In this document: piece by piece, positions 14,678-29,900 of the stretch
How the letters are laid out: each line of letters opens with the position of its first letter
How positions within the stretch are numbered: position 1 is the stretch's first letter
Assembly (NCBI GenBank): GCA_040954595.2
Contig: CM082591.2
Location: forward strand, 3,207,857-3,271,856
Direction of reading: 5' to 3'
Length of the DNA: 64,000 nt
DNA from: Balanoglossus misakiensis
Lineage: Eukaryota; Animalia; Hemichordata
The notes under the pieces: generated by a model
The model's input: the letters and a program-made list of their open reading frames with translations, nothing else
The model's database searches: none
What the model was told of the DNA's origin: nothing
Position numbers and translations under genes: made by a program

Positions 14678-15173
14678 CAATTATGTTACGGCCATTTGCC
14701 ATGTAAGATAATCAAATCAAATCACATCACACATCAATATTTGACCAGCTTTATTGCAGTAAATCGTGACAAAATGTACAGTTTGGTAATTTTTAATTTT
14801 ATCAGTGGTCTCAGGAGACTTAGTGGAGCTGTGACGCGAGTCAGTCTAAAATTGCCTTTAAACGCAAAATGTAAAATGAATAAAAGCTAAAAATTACAAA
14901 ACACAGTAATAATTAATCTGAATAAACAATTTGAGTTAATCCAATTACATAAGTGGCTAGGACTCGTGAAGAATGTCTTCCAGCAGCACATTGTGAATTC
15001 TGTAATGAAAAAAGGGAAGAATACAATTAAATGAATGTATGTTTTGAAAACAGTCGGTGCTAATGTTCATTAATTTTTTGCAAACATCATACCCACAATT
15101 ACATGAAGGCGTGCATCGTATATTATTATCATATGAAGACATGCGGGTTTAGTACGTATACTGACTTACGGGT

Positions 15174-17776
15174 TTAGTACCGACAGATGTATCCTTTTGC
15201 ATCTTCACATGGTTCTGATGTCCATGCCGCTTGACTTTCTGACCTGTGAATGGAAAATGGTAGTCTGTGTTGCCCCTTCAGCTATTTATGAGGATTTTAA
15301 ACCTGGTTATAATAAGCTCTTTGCTAAAGCAAACCAGGCAATGTATATTGCCGGTGTATGCTACAGGCATCAAAGGAAATTCAGAGCAAACTTACCAAAA
15401 CTGGGCGCAATTTTCGCCGTTGATGGCGGTGGCCTCTTCATTGTTTGCCCAGTTCTGGTGGCAGACGTCACTTCCCGCGGCCGTCATCCAATCACCGCCT
15501 TCGAGCCTGTGTACACCAAACCAGTAACTGCCGGCACTGCTGCCAAGACTTCCCAGGAGGTCAACTAGTGCTGTGTTGACCGATTGGCTGTTTACGCCTG
15601 CCAGGGCCATATTCCTCTCCTCGCACTTGGTTCTGGCGTTAGTCCAACTGAGTGGGTCACTGTGCAGTGTGTATTTACGGCACACTCTAAGATTCGGGCC
15701 AATATCCACAACTGAAGAATATTAATAATATAACATTAACAAATATATGTCTGGCATGTTTGGCATGCAGTCATATTACAACTTTGACATAAATGAACAT
15801 GATTGCTCACCTTCGCATGTTGTCCCATCTTCATGTAACTGGTATCCCTGTGTGCAATCGCATGTTCTCTGTGCAAGGCCGATGTTGACGCAAATTTGGT
15901 CGCATCCACCGTTATCAGTAGCACAGGCATCTATACCTTTGATTTACAGAAATATATGGTCAATTTAAAGTTAGTCATTTCCCTACAGTCATGAGTAGTC
16001 ATGATATGAGATTCCTGGGTTCTACTCCAAATTAAAGTGTCAGTGTCATTAATCAAGAGTTTGAAATTCTTACTTGTACACGTGTTGCCATTAGTTTCGT
16101 AGCCTTCATGACATGAACATATAGGCAAACCATGCTCGCCTATGTTGCATATCTGTTCACAATTTCCATTACCATAGGAGCAATCATTAATTTCTGAAAC
16201 AAAGGAAAAATAGGGATTGCCATACAACAACATTAGTAAGCCACTATCATGCAGTGTGTGCTTGTGGATGGTGTCCTCACCTTTTCATGGGATGACTAGC
16301 ATTGCCCTATGTTTGTGTATGAGGAAAGTATACTCACCTGTTTCACAAAGCAGCGCCACCCATCGACCAGGATAGTCAATGTTTGACCCTTCGTCAACAT
16401 CTCGTATTCTAATGCTCCTCGAATCTGGATGGGAGAAAAATCTCAAGCCATCTCCAGCATCGAAGCCAAACTGTAGAAATAGCAGATAGCAGAATCACAT
16501 TGTCAATTCTCGTTTCTCACAATGAGTCGGACGGGGTGTTTAGTTTAGGTGTTTAGTAATATCAGCTATAAAGATAGGCAGCTCTGTTTGCTACAGCCTA
16601 TTCTAATCAGATTGGGTTACCACTATAAAGGAGAGAAGTATTAGCCCATGTATATTCTTAGTAAATATACATGTAAACCTCCCAGTAGGGGGTGTGTTGT
16701 CACAGCGTAGAAGTTACCAATGTGTAAAGATGATCTGGATAGACTTTAATACCTCTGCTTCATCGCCTGTGTCACTGAGACCTGTGTGGGGATCCCCTCC
16801 TATGCTTGGATCTGCTCCTGTTGTCCATAGCATCTCATAGAAGTTGAAGATAGCATGGCCGCAGTCGCTGCTGTTTTTCGCTAGCACAACTTGGAAAGTG
16901 TTCCTCTGTTATCAAAAAATGCAGTAAACCTGTCACATCTGTTTGTTGATAAGGACATATGATGTGCAATGATGCATAGAAATCTTGCTCATTAATGGCT
17001 ATTAAATGTAATTTGTCAAAGGATTTAGATTTTATCAGTCATAATTAATATTTCATTGGATTAATTCCATTGAATATCAGATGGTATAAATTGGATTGTT
17101 CAATGTGTGGCTGTTCAAAGGTTTTTGTTTCATAAGCGAGTCATTCTCACTCACCACAGCCTGCCCCTCCCACGATGTTGCGAAGAACGCCACATCATAC
17201 CACGTGATCACGGCCGCCGATGTGGCTTCAAAGTCATTGTCGAAGGCAGTGGCTATCACGAGACTGATCTCGGCCAGTAGCTCGGGGTCCTGGGTCTCAC
17301 GGTACAACAACTGTCCACCACTCCGCAGATCAACATCTGCCCAATATGGCGCAAGGAGAGGGTTGCCTCCGCCCGGCAAGGGAAAGGGAAGCGGGATGAA
17401 ATGTATTTCCGGGCCGTTGAATGATATCACTCCATTAGTATTTACCTACAGTGTAAAAAATAACTAATGGTTGGCAAGGTTAAACCATGGGCATTGGAAT
17501 TCCTGGACCATTCTAGCATGGTAACATGCAAACTCGAATTAGATATTTATGTAATTTGGAGTAAAGTAATGAGATAATCGCCTAAAGTTTCAATATACTG
17601 ACTTGCGTCAGATTTGCAAGCCATTCGAAGTAAACTACAAACCCAGAATTGATTGTAAGGTGTTCCGAAGAAGTTATATGAATGGCTGAATTGTTGACTT
17701 CCATCATCCACGGTAGGGAACTCTACATCACCTTCAGAAACTCCAAACTTAAACATTAGGCTATCTGAAAAGAAAG

Positions 17777-17809
<33 letters not shown>

Positions 17810-19111
17810 CCAAGAATGAATGCTCTGAAAATTGTGGGACACCTTAGTCAGCTGGTTTAAATAATCTCATCAGTTGCTCAAATATTTTAGTTCTCTTGCG
17901 TTTATAATATAATTTATCACATACCTGTAGGCTTCTGAAGAAATGTATATGTTGACGAAAAACCTTTTCCAACTACGTCAGCGTCACTATGGAAATGAAC
18001 TTTGACCTGACTACCAAACGATGTCCACCTTCTGAAGTTAAATACACCGCAGTATTTGGTACTTGCCACACCAACATCTTCAAACTACAATTTAATTAAA
18101 ACAAGGCAGTTTTCAATTATAAAAGGTTATAAAATTGCTCTAAATATCTGAACAGCTGTATCTAAAAAAATCAAGCACAGTGACATAGTGTTTTCTTTAT
18201 ACCATTTAATAATACTCATCTTTTGACACCCTTTTGTGGAAATTTCAAGAAAATGACCATATTGTAATAGTGTGTTCTCAACATGAAAGGCTATGGAATG
18301 TGATAACAGTGCATTGCATCTGGGTAGTCATCTACCTTAGCTTTTAGCACTCTACATTTACCTCCAGATAATCTTTGTAACATCTGATCCCTGCTGGATA
18401 TTCTGGGTCTCCCATTGACGTGTAGCCATTATAGTCAATGTCTAAGTCATCGATGATGATCTCTATGATACTGTCCGGTGGTGCTTGTATTATAACAATG
18501 CAGTCCTCGTTGTTGCCGTAGTTATTTGGATAGTTCGGTGATGTCACCAAGCCTGTTGGAGTTGTCAGGGTCTGGCCACAGACTAAAACCAAATGAAAAA
18601 AACACAAAACAAACCCAATCAATGTTCATGATGATAGGCAGTAGAGATTTGATCGTACAGTAACATCGAATAAACAGTCAGATTCACATTGGTGTTTGTA
18701 CTCAATAGTTAGTATCAAAGATACTCGAAAAAGCACATTTTATTATGTGCCTGCATATTTAACATGTATTATTTAACTCCTTACCATTTCTTCGATTTCT
18801 TTGGGGATTGAATGTTTCCGAATCCCTTCTATTTTCATGAGAAGAGTGTTTGGGCTCATTTGGTACTATGGGGAGGCGTTTCTAGTTGTAATACAAAAAG
18901 TAATACACAAAAGTCATTAAATAAACTATGATTAAGTTAGGCTTAGACAGTGAGGCATAAGAAGACAGAGGCATGGAAACCGAAATATAGATGAACACAC
19001 ATTCACATGGAGACAATGAATACGTACCTCATAATTAGGTTCTTGTAAGAAAGCCTGTTTTAGCCAAAGTAGAAAGATAAAACACACAGCTCCTCGACAT
19101 TTGGTTTTCAT
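15174..19111 (-). CDS. Gene E: secreted CUB-NIDO-EGFx2-C-type lectin domain protein (~630 aa)
   Basis: Exons: 19028-19111 ([23 protein letters not shown]); 18785-18881 (...PQRNRRN); CUB 18362-18582 and 17925-18084 (CGQTL...[10 protein letters not shown]); NIDO 17643-17764, 17155-17445 (NTNGVISF...LAPYWADVD), 16753-16905 (RNTFQVVL), 16338-16470 (FGFDAGDG); EGF 16074-16193 and 15811-15936; CTLD 15396-15711 and 15174-15243 ([16 protein letters not shown]). Confidence 0.88.
18142..18265. repeat. Interspersed repeat fragment, with an inverted copy at ~45180-45299
   Basis: aaatatctgaacagc...aaaaaaatcaagcacagtgac...ttttcttta...cttttgtg...atattg matches the reverse complement of 45180-45299 by eye. 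Confidence 0.7.
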
Positions 19112-19361
19112 TTTAGATAATCAACTATATTTGCTGCAAAACAGGGAAGGTGCATTAAGAACTTTGAAATGATATTTAGAAGCAGTCTATGTGATTAATG
19201 AATTTTAAGGAAAAGAACAAATCTTCCGCCAACTTTGCAAAACTACTTTTCCTACCTATACTACAGCTGATTGCTTCGTCCTGTCCTGAAGGTCTGTACT
19301 GTGGCAAGGTATCCGATCGTTCTAAGACTATCTAGAATCGACTCGCATGAAAAGCACTTTC

Positions 19362-19369
19362 TTTATATA
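19362..19369 (-). promoter_or_regulatory. TATA box of gene E
   Basis: Minus-strand TATATAAA ~105 nt upstream of a non-coding exon donor (GTAGG near 19255) that precedes the signal-peptide exon. Confidence 0.55.
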
Positions 19370-20973
19370 CTACGTTAGTGCATTGGATTAAGGTACATTA
19401 TTGTTGTAGTACATATCATTTCCTTTCACACGCGAATTCTAACCAGGCTTTTTATATGTTTACAGTTTGCTATGAATTTAAAATTTCCCAATTATGTTTG
19501 ATACAAGCAGTACAGGACTTTGTAATTTCTAAAGATAGACACGATTCTCGTGTACCGGTGAGTTCATTACACGGTTTCCTACGTCCAACTGAAAGACTAT
19601 ATTTCGCCTGATTAACCCCTTTAAGGCTTTAGCTTCCTGTGGTTTCAATAAGTTCCTTTCTTCCGACACCATGTTCTGTTTGTTTATTTGTTTGTTTGCG
19701 GTAAAGCTCAGTAATCACTGGCAATTCCACATCTCTGCACCCGTATTCTGAAAGCAGTGAGCCTCGGCTGTATTAAGTACCCGTTGCAATATCCAAATGT
19801 TAGTCTTTTTCCCTCACATGACTTTAAATCCAGAGGCAGAAGGAATAGTGTCTGGACCAACTGTAATGTGCCTCCAATTAAACATGTATGGGTGTGTACA
19901 CCTATCATACAGGCTGTAGACTACTTTTAAACCGTTTTACCACTACAAAGTAAGAGTTGATCAATATTAATCCAAATCTATGTTTCCATACTTGGATTCT
20001 GTGTCAGAGTTTTTCAAATGAGACTATTCCTTCCCCACTTCTTAACCTTGTAGAAAGAACCAATGTCACTGCTGCATGGTGAATGCAGTTACATGAACAC
20101 ATCTATGCATGATTTTAATGGCCGACACATATTGTTGCAAAGTCTTGAATAGACTCATAAATGATGATATTCTGACCTGATGGTACTCACACTAATATGA
20201 ACATGGCCAATTCAGTGAGCACATATCATTGCGTGTTGTAATTAACCTTATTGAGATTGTACCAAACCATTATTGACATCGGTAAAACCCAATAACATCT
20301 TGAGAATGTTTTTTCATTTATAATGCGTTACAGGTTTAATTGAGACCTCAAAAAATTGATAACTTGCAAAATGTCAACATTTCTTTTATTAAAAATATTT
20401 CATGAGATGTTGGTTGGAATTGTCCTTTTCAAATCCATAAAACTAGAGCCAACGCGACATCACACAATATTTATTTCTACCAAAGCATCTCAATCTCACC
20501 ATCTCATATATAAATACAATCAGAACAATTCGTCACTTTAATTATGATCTATTTATTACTTAAAGTTTGCTTGAATTGAAATTTACATTCACAATGCAGA
20601 ATGTCAAAAAAATGCATGCAAAATAATATGCGAAGTCTTGCGAAATCTTCTCAGCAATAGTTATCTGTGAAAGAACAAGATAGGGAAAGGTTAAACACAT
20701 CAACTAGACAATCATGAGTTCAGCATAGTGACAATGTGCTCTTTATATAGCTGACAATGCTGGTAACTAATCCGATATGTTTGGGTGCATAGTGGTCTGA
20801 CAATATCACATTTACTGAACCAGTTATTGAGATCAATTGACACAATGAAAGCAAGGTCCTCATTGGATGTAAGATATCTTTTGATGCATAATTAATAGGA
20901 TTGTACAAGGTTATGCATCCTGCTTCTTTTATTGGCTGAGGTGTTTGAATGTGGTTTGAAGTCTCACCTCTGA

Positions 20974-23900
20974 TTAGCATATGCAAACGAAGCCATTCTG
21001 GTCATTGCAGTTGGCACTAGTCCAGTCGTCTCTCTGTGCTCCCTGCCTTCCCGGAGTCCTGAAAGACATGACAAGTGCAAAAATTCAAGTGTTGCCTGGC
21101 ATTACCATCTCCATTACTAGCAGATGGGTGGGTCAAATATCAGCCAAACAAACATAAGCGGTGGTAATGAGTTGGTGGTTTACTCAGTTACAACTGCATG
21201 CAATGCACAGGTTTCCTTTGAACAAAGTTTGCGTGAATGGTAGTTTAGGTATTTGACTAAGCAGATCGATTAGCATGGCTTTTAGGTTTCCATCCATCTC
21301 TGATTCAGAAGTGCAGTGACAGACAAGCAAGTGGCTTACCAAAACACCCCACAACACCCATCCTGCATCTCCGGTTCACCATCAGCCCAGTTCTCGTAGC
21401 AAATGCCAGCGGATCGGTTTGGAAAGCCTTCGTAATACCACTCGTTCCTTTCGCCGTTGTATTTAGCGCCGAACCAATACTTCCTGGTGGTGCAGTCGTC
21501 TCCACCATTTCTGATGTATGAAGCTATGGCGTTATTTGTCGCTTGACCAGGTATCTCGGCCAAGTAACCTTCTGGCTGGAGGCTAAGACAATGGTCTCGG
21601 GCTTCTGGCCATGTTTTTTCACATGGGAAGACTAAGTATCGGCGACATGGAGCTTGTATTGGTCCTAACGGACAATGAACTGTGAAGAAAGCAAGTCACG
21701 AAATTGTGAGAACAGGTCTTACATGGAATTTGTGACGTTATTTTACCCCGATGATGTATCAGTCGATCAATCTACCTACATTTTGAGCAATGCCAACAAA
21801 AATGTATAATTGGGTTTACTCGACTTAAGTTGTGTCATCAGTGTTTTATAAATATAACACATAACACTGTGCAAATTGGACATGTCGAAAGTCAGAGTGG
21901 TTCAATATTGCCTGAAAATACATCTCACCAACTGTGATGTCCAATGTACAGGTCGCTGAATTGTCAGCTGCATCTGTAGCCGTACACGTGACCTGCGTTG
22001 TGCCAACTGGGAACATATTCCCGGAAGGTGGTGAACACTCAAAGGACACTGTGCCCGAATTGTCGCTGACAGTGGGGGCGTCATACCAAACTTTTAGTAA
22101 TCCTTCACAGGAAGTATCCACTATACTTATGTCACTTGCACAAGTTATTTCCGGTGGAGTAACTACAAAATGAAACATTGTGATGTAAACATGGAGGTAA
22201 CAGAAATCATAATTTTTAACGTTTGATTATTAAAGGGAAGGGGTCGTCGCACCAAGTGGGTGTCCCCCTTGATGAGAATATGTTCTCCCATACCAGTGCA
22301 AACCTCACTGCAGTCGCCACGACCTATTAGGATCTTCAGTTGCTGTCATGCCCAGTCTATGCTATGGTTGGCTGCTTCATTCATTCTAGAATGATCTAAT
22401 TTCAGGGATTTGTGGATGAATTGTAATGTTTATAAACAAACAAACACGGCGCGACGACCCCTTCACTTTGAGACTATCCAGATCGACTTTATTTGATGCT
22501 GTAAATTAAGCAAATCAGATAACTACTCAATAACATGAAAAACAACCATATCACTAATCAGATATTTCAGTATTACTCAATGGTTAATTATGCTTTCGAC
22601 TATTTAGCTTTCTTTGTCGACACAATGTCAAAAACGGGAAATAATAATTTTCTATACTTACTATCTCCTGTTAGCATAAACATGAACAGAAATAAATTTG
22701 ATTAATTGAGGAACTCTTTAACATTTAAACTTATAATTTACGATGAAGACTAGATCTGACTGCTACTTTTATATCCACTACAATCATATCTTATTTAGAA
22801 TTGACTTGAAATATTAGAGTGTCTTATCAGAACAAAATCCCTTTCTAAATCATGTCATACTTTAACATATTTATTCAAAGATGTGACAAATTACCTATGG
22901 TGACATCAAATTCACACTGTGCTGTATTTCCTTCTGCGTCGGTTGCTGTGCATGTCACGGTTGTTGTGCCTATCGTGAACTCTGACCCCGATGGAGGAGT
23001 GCAAACAACTGTTCCACAATTTGTGGTCGGACGGTCATAGGTCACCACTTGCTTTCCATCACCATCAGTATCGCCAAGTGTTATAGATTCTGGACATGTG
23101 ATCTCAGGTGCTGTTGCTGCAAGTTTTAAATAACACATAGAGTGAAACACAGTGGAATTGTTGGCCCAAGTCACTGATCTCTCTCTCTCTAACAGTCATT
23201 AACACAAAAACTTTAGTCAGTAAATGTTTGTCTCCATGAGAAGCTGAAGAAGAGACATTATTGTGAAACAGTTTGGGGGAGGAATATATTTATAAATACA
23301 ATTAAATACATCTTCAGATATAATTTAAATTATGCATCACTCACCATCCTCTGTTGACAGGATAACAGAAAGTATGGAATAGAAAAATAAGATGTTTAAT
23401 AAAAAACTCTATTTCTGACATGTTTGCCTTCTAATGATTTTAATGTAATTTAACCTGGCTTCATCCCATCACGTCTGTAGTGTTTCGATAATCAAAGCAT
23501 AAGTAATTACCTATGGTGACATTAAATGGACATTGTGCTATATTTCCCGCTTCGTCAATTGCTGTGCATGCCACGAATGTTGTGCCAACTGTGAACTCTG
23601 AGCCAGGTGCTGGGTCACAATCAACTGCTGCACCATCTGAGATCGGAATGTCATAATTCACGACTTCCTTATTGTCACCGTCAGCATCAACAATGGGCAT
23701 CAGAACAGGACATGTGATCTCGGGTGGTGTTTCTGTGAATATGATTTTATGTACAAATTGTGAATCAGAAATTGGCTTGTGATTGTTCCATTAAATTGTA
23801 ATTCATTCAGTGCAAGTGCATTGCTCATTATCGATCATGCCGTTTATCAAATGATTATATTTTACTGTGCTGTTGTTGTTTAAATCTTTTTAAACGGCTT

Positions 23901-26900
23901 TAATATCAATATATTCCTTTCCAATTACTTTCAATCCAATTTCTTTCAAACTACTGTTTCCCTTTTCAAATTTTACTCACATCTCATATTTCAATAGAAA
24001 AGAACAAGAACTCACCATCGACTGGTGGCATGGGTAAAAAAAGAAGAAAAAAATGCAATGTTAATAATCAAAGAATTGAGAAAATAAAATAATCAGCGTA
24101 TCTGTAATGCCAAAATTTTAACTTGGGTTAATATTTCTTTCATAATTTTTTTTTAAATATTATAGCAACTCATTAATTACTTACCTATGGTGACATCAAA
24201 TGGGCATTCTGCTGTATTTCCCGCTGCATCAGTTGCTGTGCATGTCACGATTGTTGTGCCAAGTGTGAACTCTGACCCAGGTGCTGGCTCACAAACAACT
24301 ATTGCACTATCTGAGATCGGAATGTCATAATTCACAACTTCTTGATCATCACCGTCAGTATCTCCAATGGTCATCGGACCAGGACATGAGATCTCTGGTG
24401 GTGTTTCTGTAGATATGATGTTATGGGCAAAATGTGAATGAAACTAGCTTGTGATTACTTCATTCAATATTGTTTCATTTAGTACAATCATAACTGTTTA
24501 TCTATCATGGTCACATCTCATATTGCAGTAGGAAAGAACAAGAACTTACCATCGACTGGTGGCACAGGTAAAATGAAGAAGAAAAAAATGCGATGTTAAG
24601 AAAGAATCCACAAAATAATTAAATCAGCGTATTCATAATGCAAAATTATATGAACCACAGTTTTAACTAGGGTTAATATTTCTTTGGTAAAGTTCTTCAA
24701 TATTATAGCAACTCATTAATTACTCACTTATGGTGACATCAAATTCACACTGTGCTGTATTTCCTGCTGCGTCGGTTGCTGTGCATGTCACTGTTGTTGT
24801 GCCTATCGTGAACTCTGACCCCGATGGAGGAGTGCAAACAACTGTTCCACAATTTGTGGTCGGACGGTCATAGGTCACCACTTGCTTTCCATCACCATCA
24901 GTATCGCCAAGTGTTATAGATTCTGGACATGTTATCTCAGGTGCTGTTGCTGCAAGTGTTAAATAACATGTTTGCCATTATCCAATAAAGATAAAGTGAA
25001 ACAAAGTCGAATTGTTGGCCGAAATCACTGAAAACTGAAGACAGAAAGTGTTTGTATTCACGGGAACGTGAAGAAGAATAATTATCGCGTTAAATTTAAC
25101 GAGTTGGGAAATTATTTCAAATTATATTTAAATCCATCTCCAGATGGAATTTAATAAGGCACCACTTACCGTCCTCTGGTGACAAAAAAGCAAAGAGTGT
25201 GGAAGAGAAAAAAATTGTTCAATTAAAAAAACTCTATTTCTAACGTGAATGCCTTCTAAGGCTTTTGCATCTAATATATGCTCACTTGTCTTATTACCAC
25301 AAAAGATATAGTGAGCCGAAATGTAATATAAGCATAATAGACAGGATTCCAAATAAAGTTGTCAACTAAACCACCAATATGATACCTAAAACATCTTATA
25401 AAACACTATCTATCGACTAACATAATCAAAGTTGGTAGCTATTTGCCGTAAGTTTACAGTTTGAACAACAACACAAGGATAATGTGAATATACCTTTGTC
25501 GTTTGGGACATACGAAATTACTTACCTATGGTGACATCAAATGGGCATTCTGCTGTATTTCCCGCTGCGTCAGTTGCTGTGCATGTCACGATTGTTGTGC
25601 CAATTGTGAACTCTGACCCAGGTGCTGGCTCACAAACAACCATTGCACCATCTGAGATCGGAATGTCATAATTCACGACTTCCTTATCGTCACCGTCCGC
25701 ATCACCAATGGGCATCAGAACAGGACATGTGATCTGAGGTGGTGTTTCTGTGAATATGATTTTATGGGCAAAATGTGAATGAAACTGGCTTGTGATTGTT
25801 TCATTAAATTTTGTTTCATTTACTACAATCGTAACTTTATATCTATCATGGTCACATCTCATATTTCAGTAGGAAAGAACAAGAACTCACCATCCTCTGG
25901 TGGCACAGATAAAAAAAGAAGAAAAAAATGCAATGTTTATAATCAAAGAATTGACAAAATAAAATAATCAGCGTATCTGTAATGCCAAAATTTTAACTTG
26001 GGTTAATATTTCTTTCATAAATTTTTTAAATATTATAGCAACTCATTAATTACTTACCTATGGTGACATCAAATGGGCATTCTGCTGTATTTCCCGCTGC
26101 GTCAGTTGCTGTGCATGTCACGATTGTTGTGCCAAGTGTGAACTCTGACCCAGGTGCTGGCTCACAAACAACTATTGCACCATCTGAGATCGGAATGTCA
26201 TAATTCACAACTTCTTGATCATCACCGTCAGTATCTCCAATGGTCATCGGACCAGGACATGAGATCTCTGGTGGTGTTTCTGTAGATATGATGTTATGGG
26301 CAAAATGTGAATGAAACTAGCTTGTGATTACTTCATTCAATATTGTTTCATTTAGTACAATCATAACTGCTTATCTATCATGGTCACATCTCATATTTAA
26401 GTAGGAAAGAACAAGAACTCACCATCCTCTGGTGGCACAGATAAAAAAAGAAGAAAAACATGCAATGTTAATAATCAAAGAATTGACAAAATAAAATAAT
26501 CAGCGTATCTGTAATGCCAAAATTTTAACTTGGGTTAATATTTCTTTCATAAATTTTTTAAATATTATAGCAACTCATTAATTACTTACCTATGGTGACA
26601 TCAAATGGGCATTCTGCTGTATTTCCCGCTGCGTCAGTTGCTGTGCATGTCACGATTGTTGTGCCAAGTGTGAACTCTGACCCAGGTGCTGGCTCACAAA
26701 CAACTATTGCACCATCTGAGATCGGAATGTCATAATTCACAACTTCTTGATCATCACCGTCAGTATCTCCAATGGTCATCGGACCAGGACATGAAATCTC
26801 TGGTGGTGTTTCTGTAGATATGATGTTATGGGCAAAATGTGAATGAAACTAGCTTGTGATTACTTCATTCAATATTGTTTCATTTAGTACAATCATAACT

Positions 26901-29900
26901 GTTTATCTATCATGGTCACATCTCATATTTAAGTAGGAAAGAACAAGAACTCACCATCCTCTGGTGGCACAGATAAAAAAAGAAGAAAAAAATGCAATGT
27001 TAATAATCAAAGAATTGACAAAATAAAATAATCAGCGTATCTGTAATGCCAAAATTTTAACTTGGGTTAATATTTCTTTCATAATTTTTTTAAATATTAT
27101 AGCAACTCATTAATTACTTACCTATGGTGACATCAAATGGGCATTCTGCTGTATTTCCCGCTGCGTCAGTTGCTGTGCATGTCACGATTGTTGTGCCAAG
27201 TGTGAACTCTGACCCAGGTGCTGGCTCACAAACAACTATTGCACCATCTGAGATCGGAATGTCATAATTCACAACTTCTTGATCATCACCGTCAGTATCT
27301 CCAATGGTCATCGGACCAGGACATGAGATCTCTGGTGGTGTTTCTGTAGATATGATGTTATGGGCAAAATGTGAATGAAACTGGCTTGTGATTACTTCAT
27401 TCAATATTGTTTCATTTAGTACAATCATAACTGCTTATCTATCATGGTCACATCTCATATTTCAATAGAAAAGAACAAGAACTCACCATCCTCTGGTGGC
27501 ACAGATAAAAAAAGAAGAAAAACATGCAATGTTAATAATCAAAGAATTGACAAAATAAAATAATCAGCGTATCTGTAATGCCAAAATTTTAACTTGGGTT
27601 AATATTTCTTTCATAAATTTTTTTAAATATTATAGCAACTCATTAATTACTTACCTATGGTGACATCAAATGGGCATTCTGCTGTATTTCCCGCTGCGTC
27701 AGTTGCTGTGCATGTCACGATTGTTGTGCCAAGTGTGAACTCTGACCCAGGTGCTGGCTCACAAACAACTATTGCACCATCTGAGATCGGAATGTCATAA
27801 TTCACAACTTCTTGATCATCACCGTCAGTATCTCCAATGGTCATCGGACCAGGACATGAGATCTCTGGTGGTGTTTCTGTAGATATGATGTTATGGGCAA
27901 AATGTGAATGAAACTAGCTTGTGATTACTTCATTCAATATTGTTTCATTTAGTACAATCATAACTGCTTATCTATCATGGTCACATCTCATATTTAAGTA
28001 GGAAAGAACAAGAACTCACCATCCTCTGGTGGCACAGATAAAAAAAGAAGAAAAACATGCAATGTTAATAATCAAAGAATTGACAAAATAAAATAATCAG
28101 CGTATCTGTAATGCCAAAATTTTAACTTGGGTTAATATTTCTTTCATAAATTTTTTAAATATTATAGCAACTCATTAATTACTTACCTATGGTGACATCA
28201 AATGGGCATTCTGCTGTATTTCCCGCTGCGTCAGTTGCTGTGCATGTCACGATTGTTGTGCCAAGTGTGAACTCTGACCCAGGTGCTGGCTCACAAACAA
28301 CTATTGCACCATCTGAGATCGGAATGTCATAATTCACAACTTCTTGATCATCACCGTCAGTATCTCCAATGGTCATCGGACCAGGACATGAGATCTCTGG
28401 TGGTGTTTCTGTAGATATGATGTTATGGGCAAAATGTGAATGAAACTAGCTTGTGATTACTTCATTCAATATTGTTTCATTTAGTACAATCATAACTGTT
28501 TATCTATCATGGTCACATCTCATATTTAAGTAGGAAAGAACAAGAACTCACCATCCTCTGGTGGCACAGATAAAAAAAGAAGAAAAACATGCAATGTTAA
28601 TAATCAAAGAATTGACAAAATAAAATAATCAGCGTATCTGTAATGCCAAAATTTTAACTTGGGTTAATATTTCTTTCATAAATTTTTTTAAATATTATAG
28701 CAACTCATTAATTACTTACCTATGGTGACATCAAATGGGCATTCTGCTGTATTTCCCGCTGCGTCAGTTGCTGTGCATGTCACGATTGTTGTGCCAAGTG
28801 TGAACTCTGACCCAGGTGCTGGCTCACAAACAACTATTGCACCATCTGAGATCGGAATGTCATAATTCACAACTTCTTGATCATCACCGTCAGTATCTCC
28901 AATGGTCATCGGACCAGGACATGAGATCTCTGGTGGTGTTTCTGTAGATATGATGTTATGGGCAAAATGTGAATGAAACTAGCTTGTGATTACTTCATTC
29001 AATATTGTTTCATTTAGTACAATCATAACTGCTTATCTATCATGGTCACATCTCATATTTAAGTAGGAAAGAACAAGAACTCACCATCCTCTGGTGGCAC
29101 AGATAAAAAAAGAAGAAAAACATGCAATGTTAATAATCAAAGAATTGACAAAATAAAATAATCAGCGTATCTGTAATGCCAAAATTTTAACTTGGGTTAA
29201 TATTTCTTTCATAAATTTTTTAAATATTATAGCAACTCATTAATTACTTACCTATGGTGACATCAAATGGGCATTCTGCTGTATTTCCCGCTGCGTCAGT
29301 TGCTGTGCATGTCACGATTGTTGTGCCAAGTGTGAACTCTGACCCAGGTGCTGGCTCACAAACAACTATTGCACCATCTGAGATCGGAATGTCATAATTC
29401 ACAACTTCTTGATCATCACCGTCAGTATCTCCAATGGTCATCGGACCAGGACATGAGATCTCTGGTGGTGTTTCTGTAGATATGATGTTATGGGCAAAAT
29501 GTGAATGAAACTAGCTTGTGATTACTTCATTCAATATTGTTTCATTTAGTACAATCATAACTGTTTATCTATCATGGTCACATCTCATATTTAAGTAGGA
29601 AAGAACAAGAACTCACCATCCTCTGGTGGCACAGATAAAAAAAGAAGAAAAACATGCAATGTTAATAATCAAAGAATTGACAAAATAAAATAATCAGCGT
29701 ATCTGTAATGCCAAAATTTTAACTTGGGTTAATATTTCTTTCATAATTTTTTTAAATATTATAGCAACTCATTAATTACTTACCTATGGTGACATCAAAT
29801 GGGCATTCTGCTGTATTTCCCGCTGCGTCAGTTGCTGTGCATGTCACGATTGTTGTGCCAAGTGTGAACTCTGACCCAGGTGCTGGCTCACAAACAACTA

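Noticed and set aside
14157-14890. Long overlapping ORFs (MYVC/HTYI repeats), also 1529-2026 and 41753-41998
   Set aside because: Translations of stop-free (TACA)n microsatellites; no splice or domain context.
16780-16805. GDPH in gene E's NIDO domain as an autocleavage site
   Set aside because: It falls in the usual GG(D/N)P.TG loop of NIDO domains, not a VWD context; probably coincidental.
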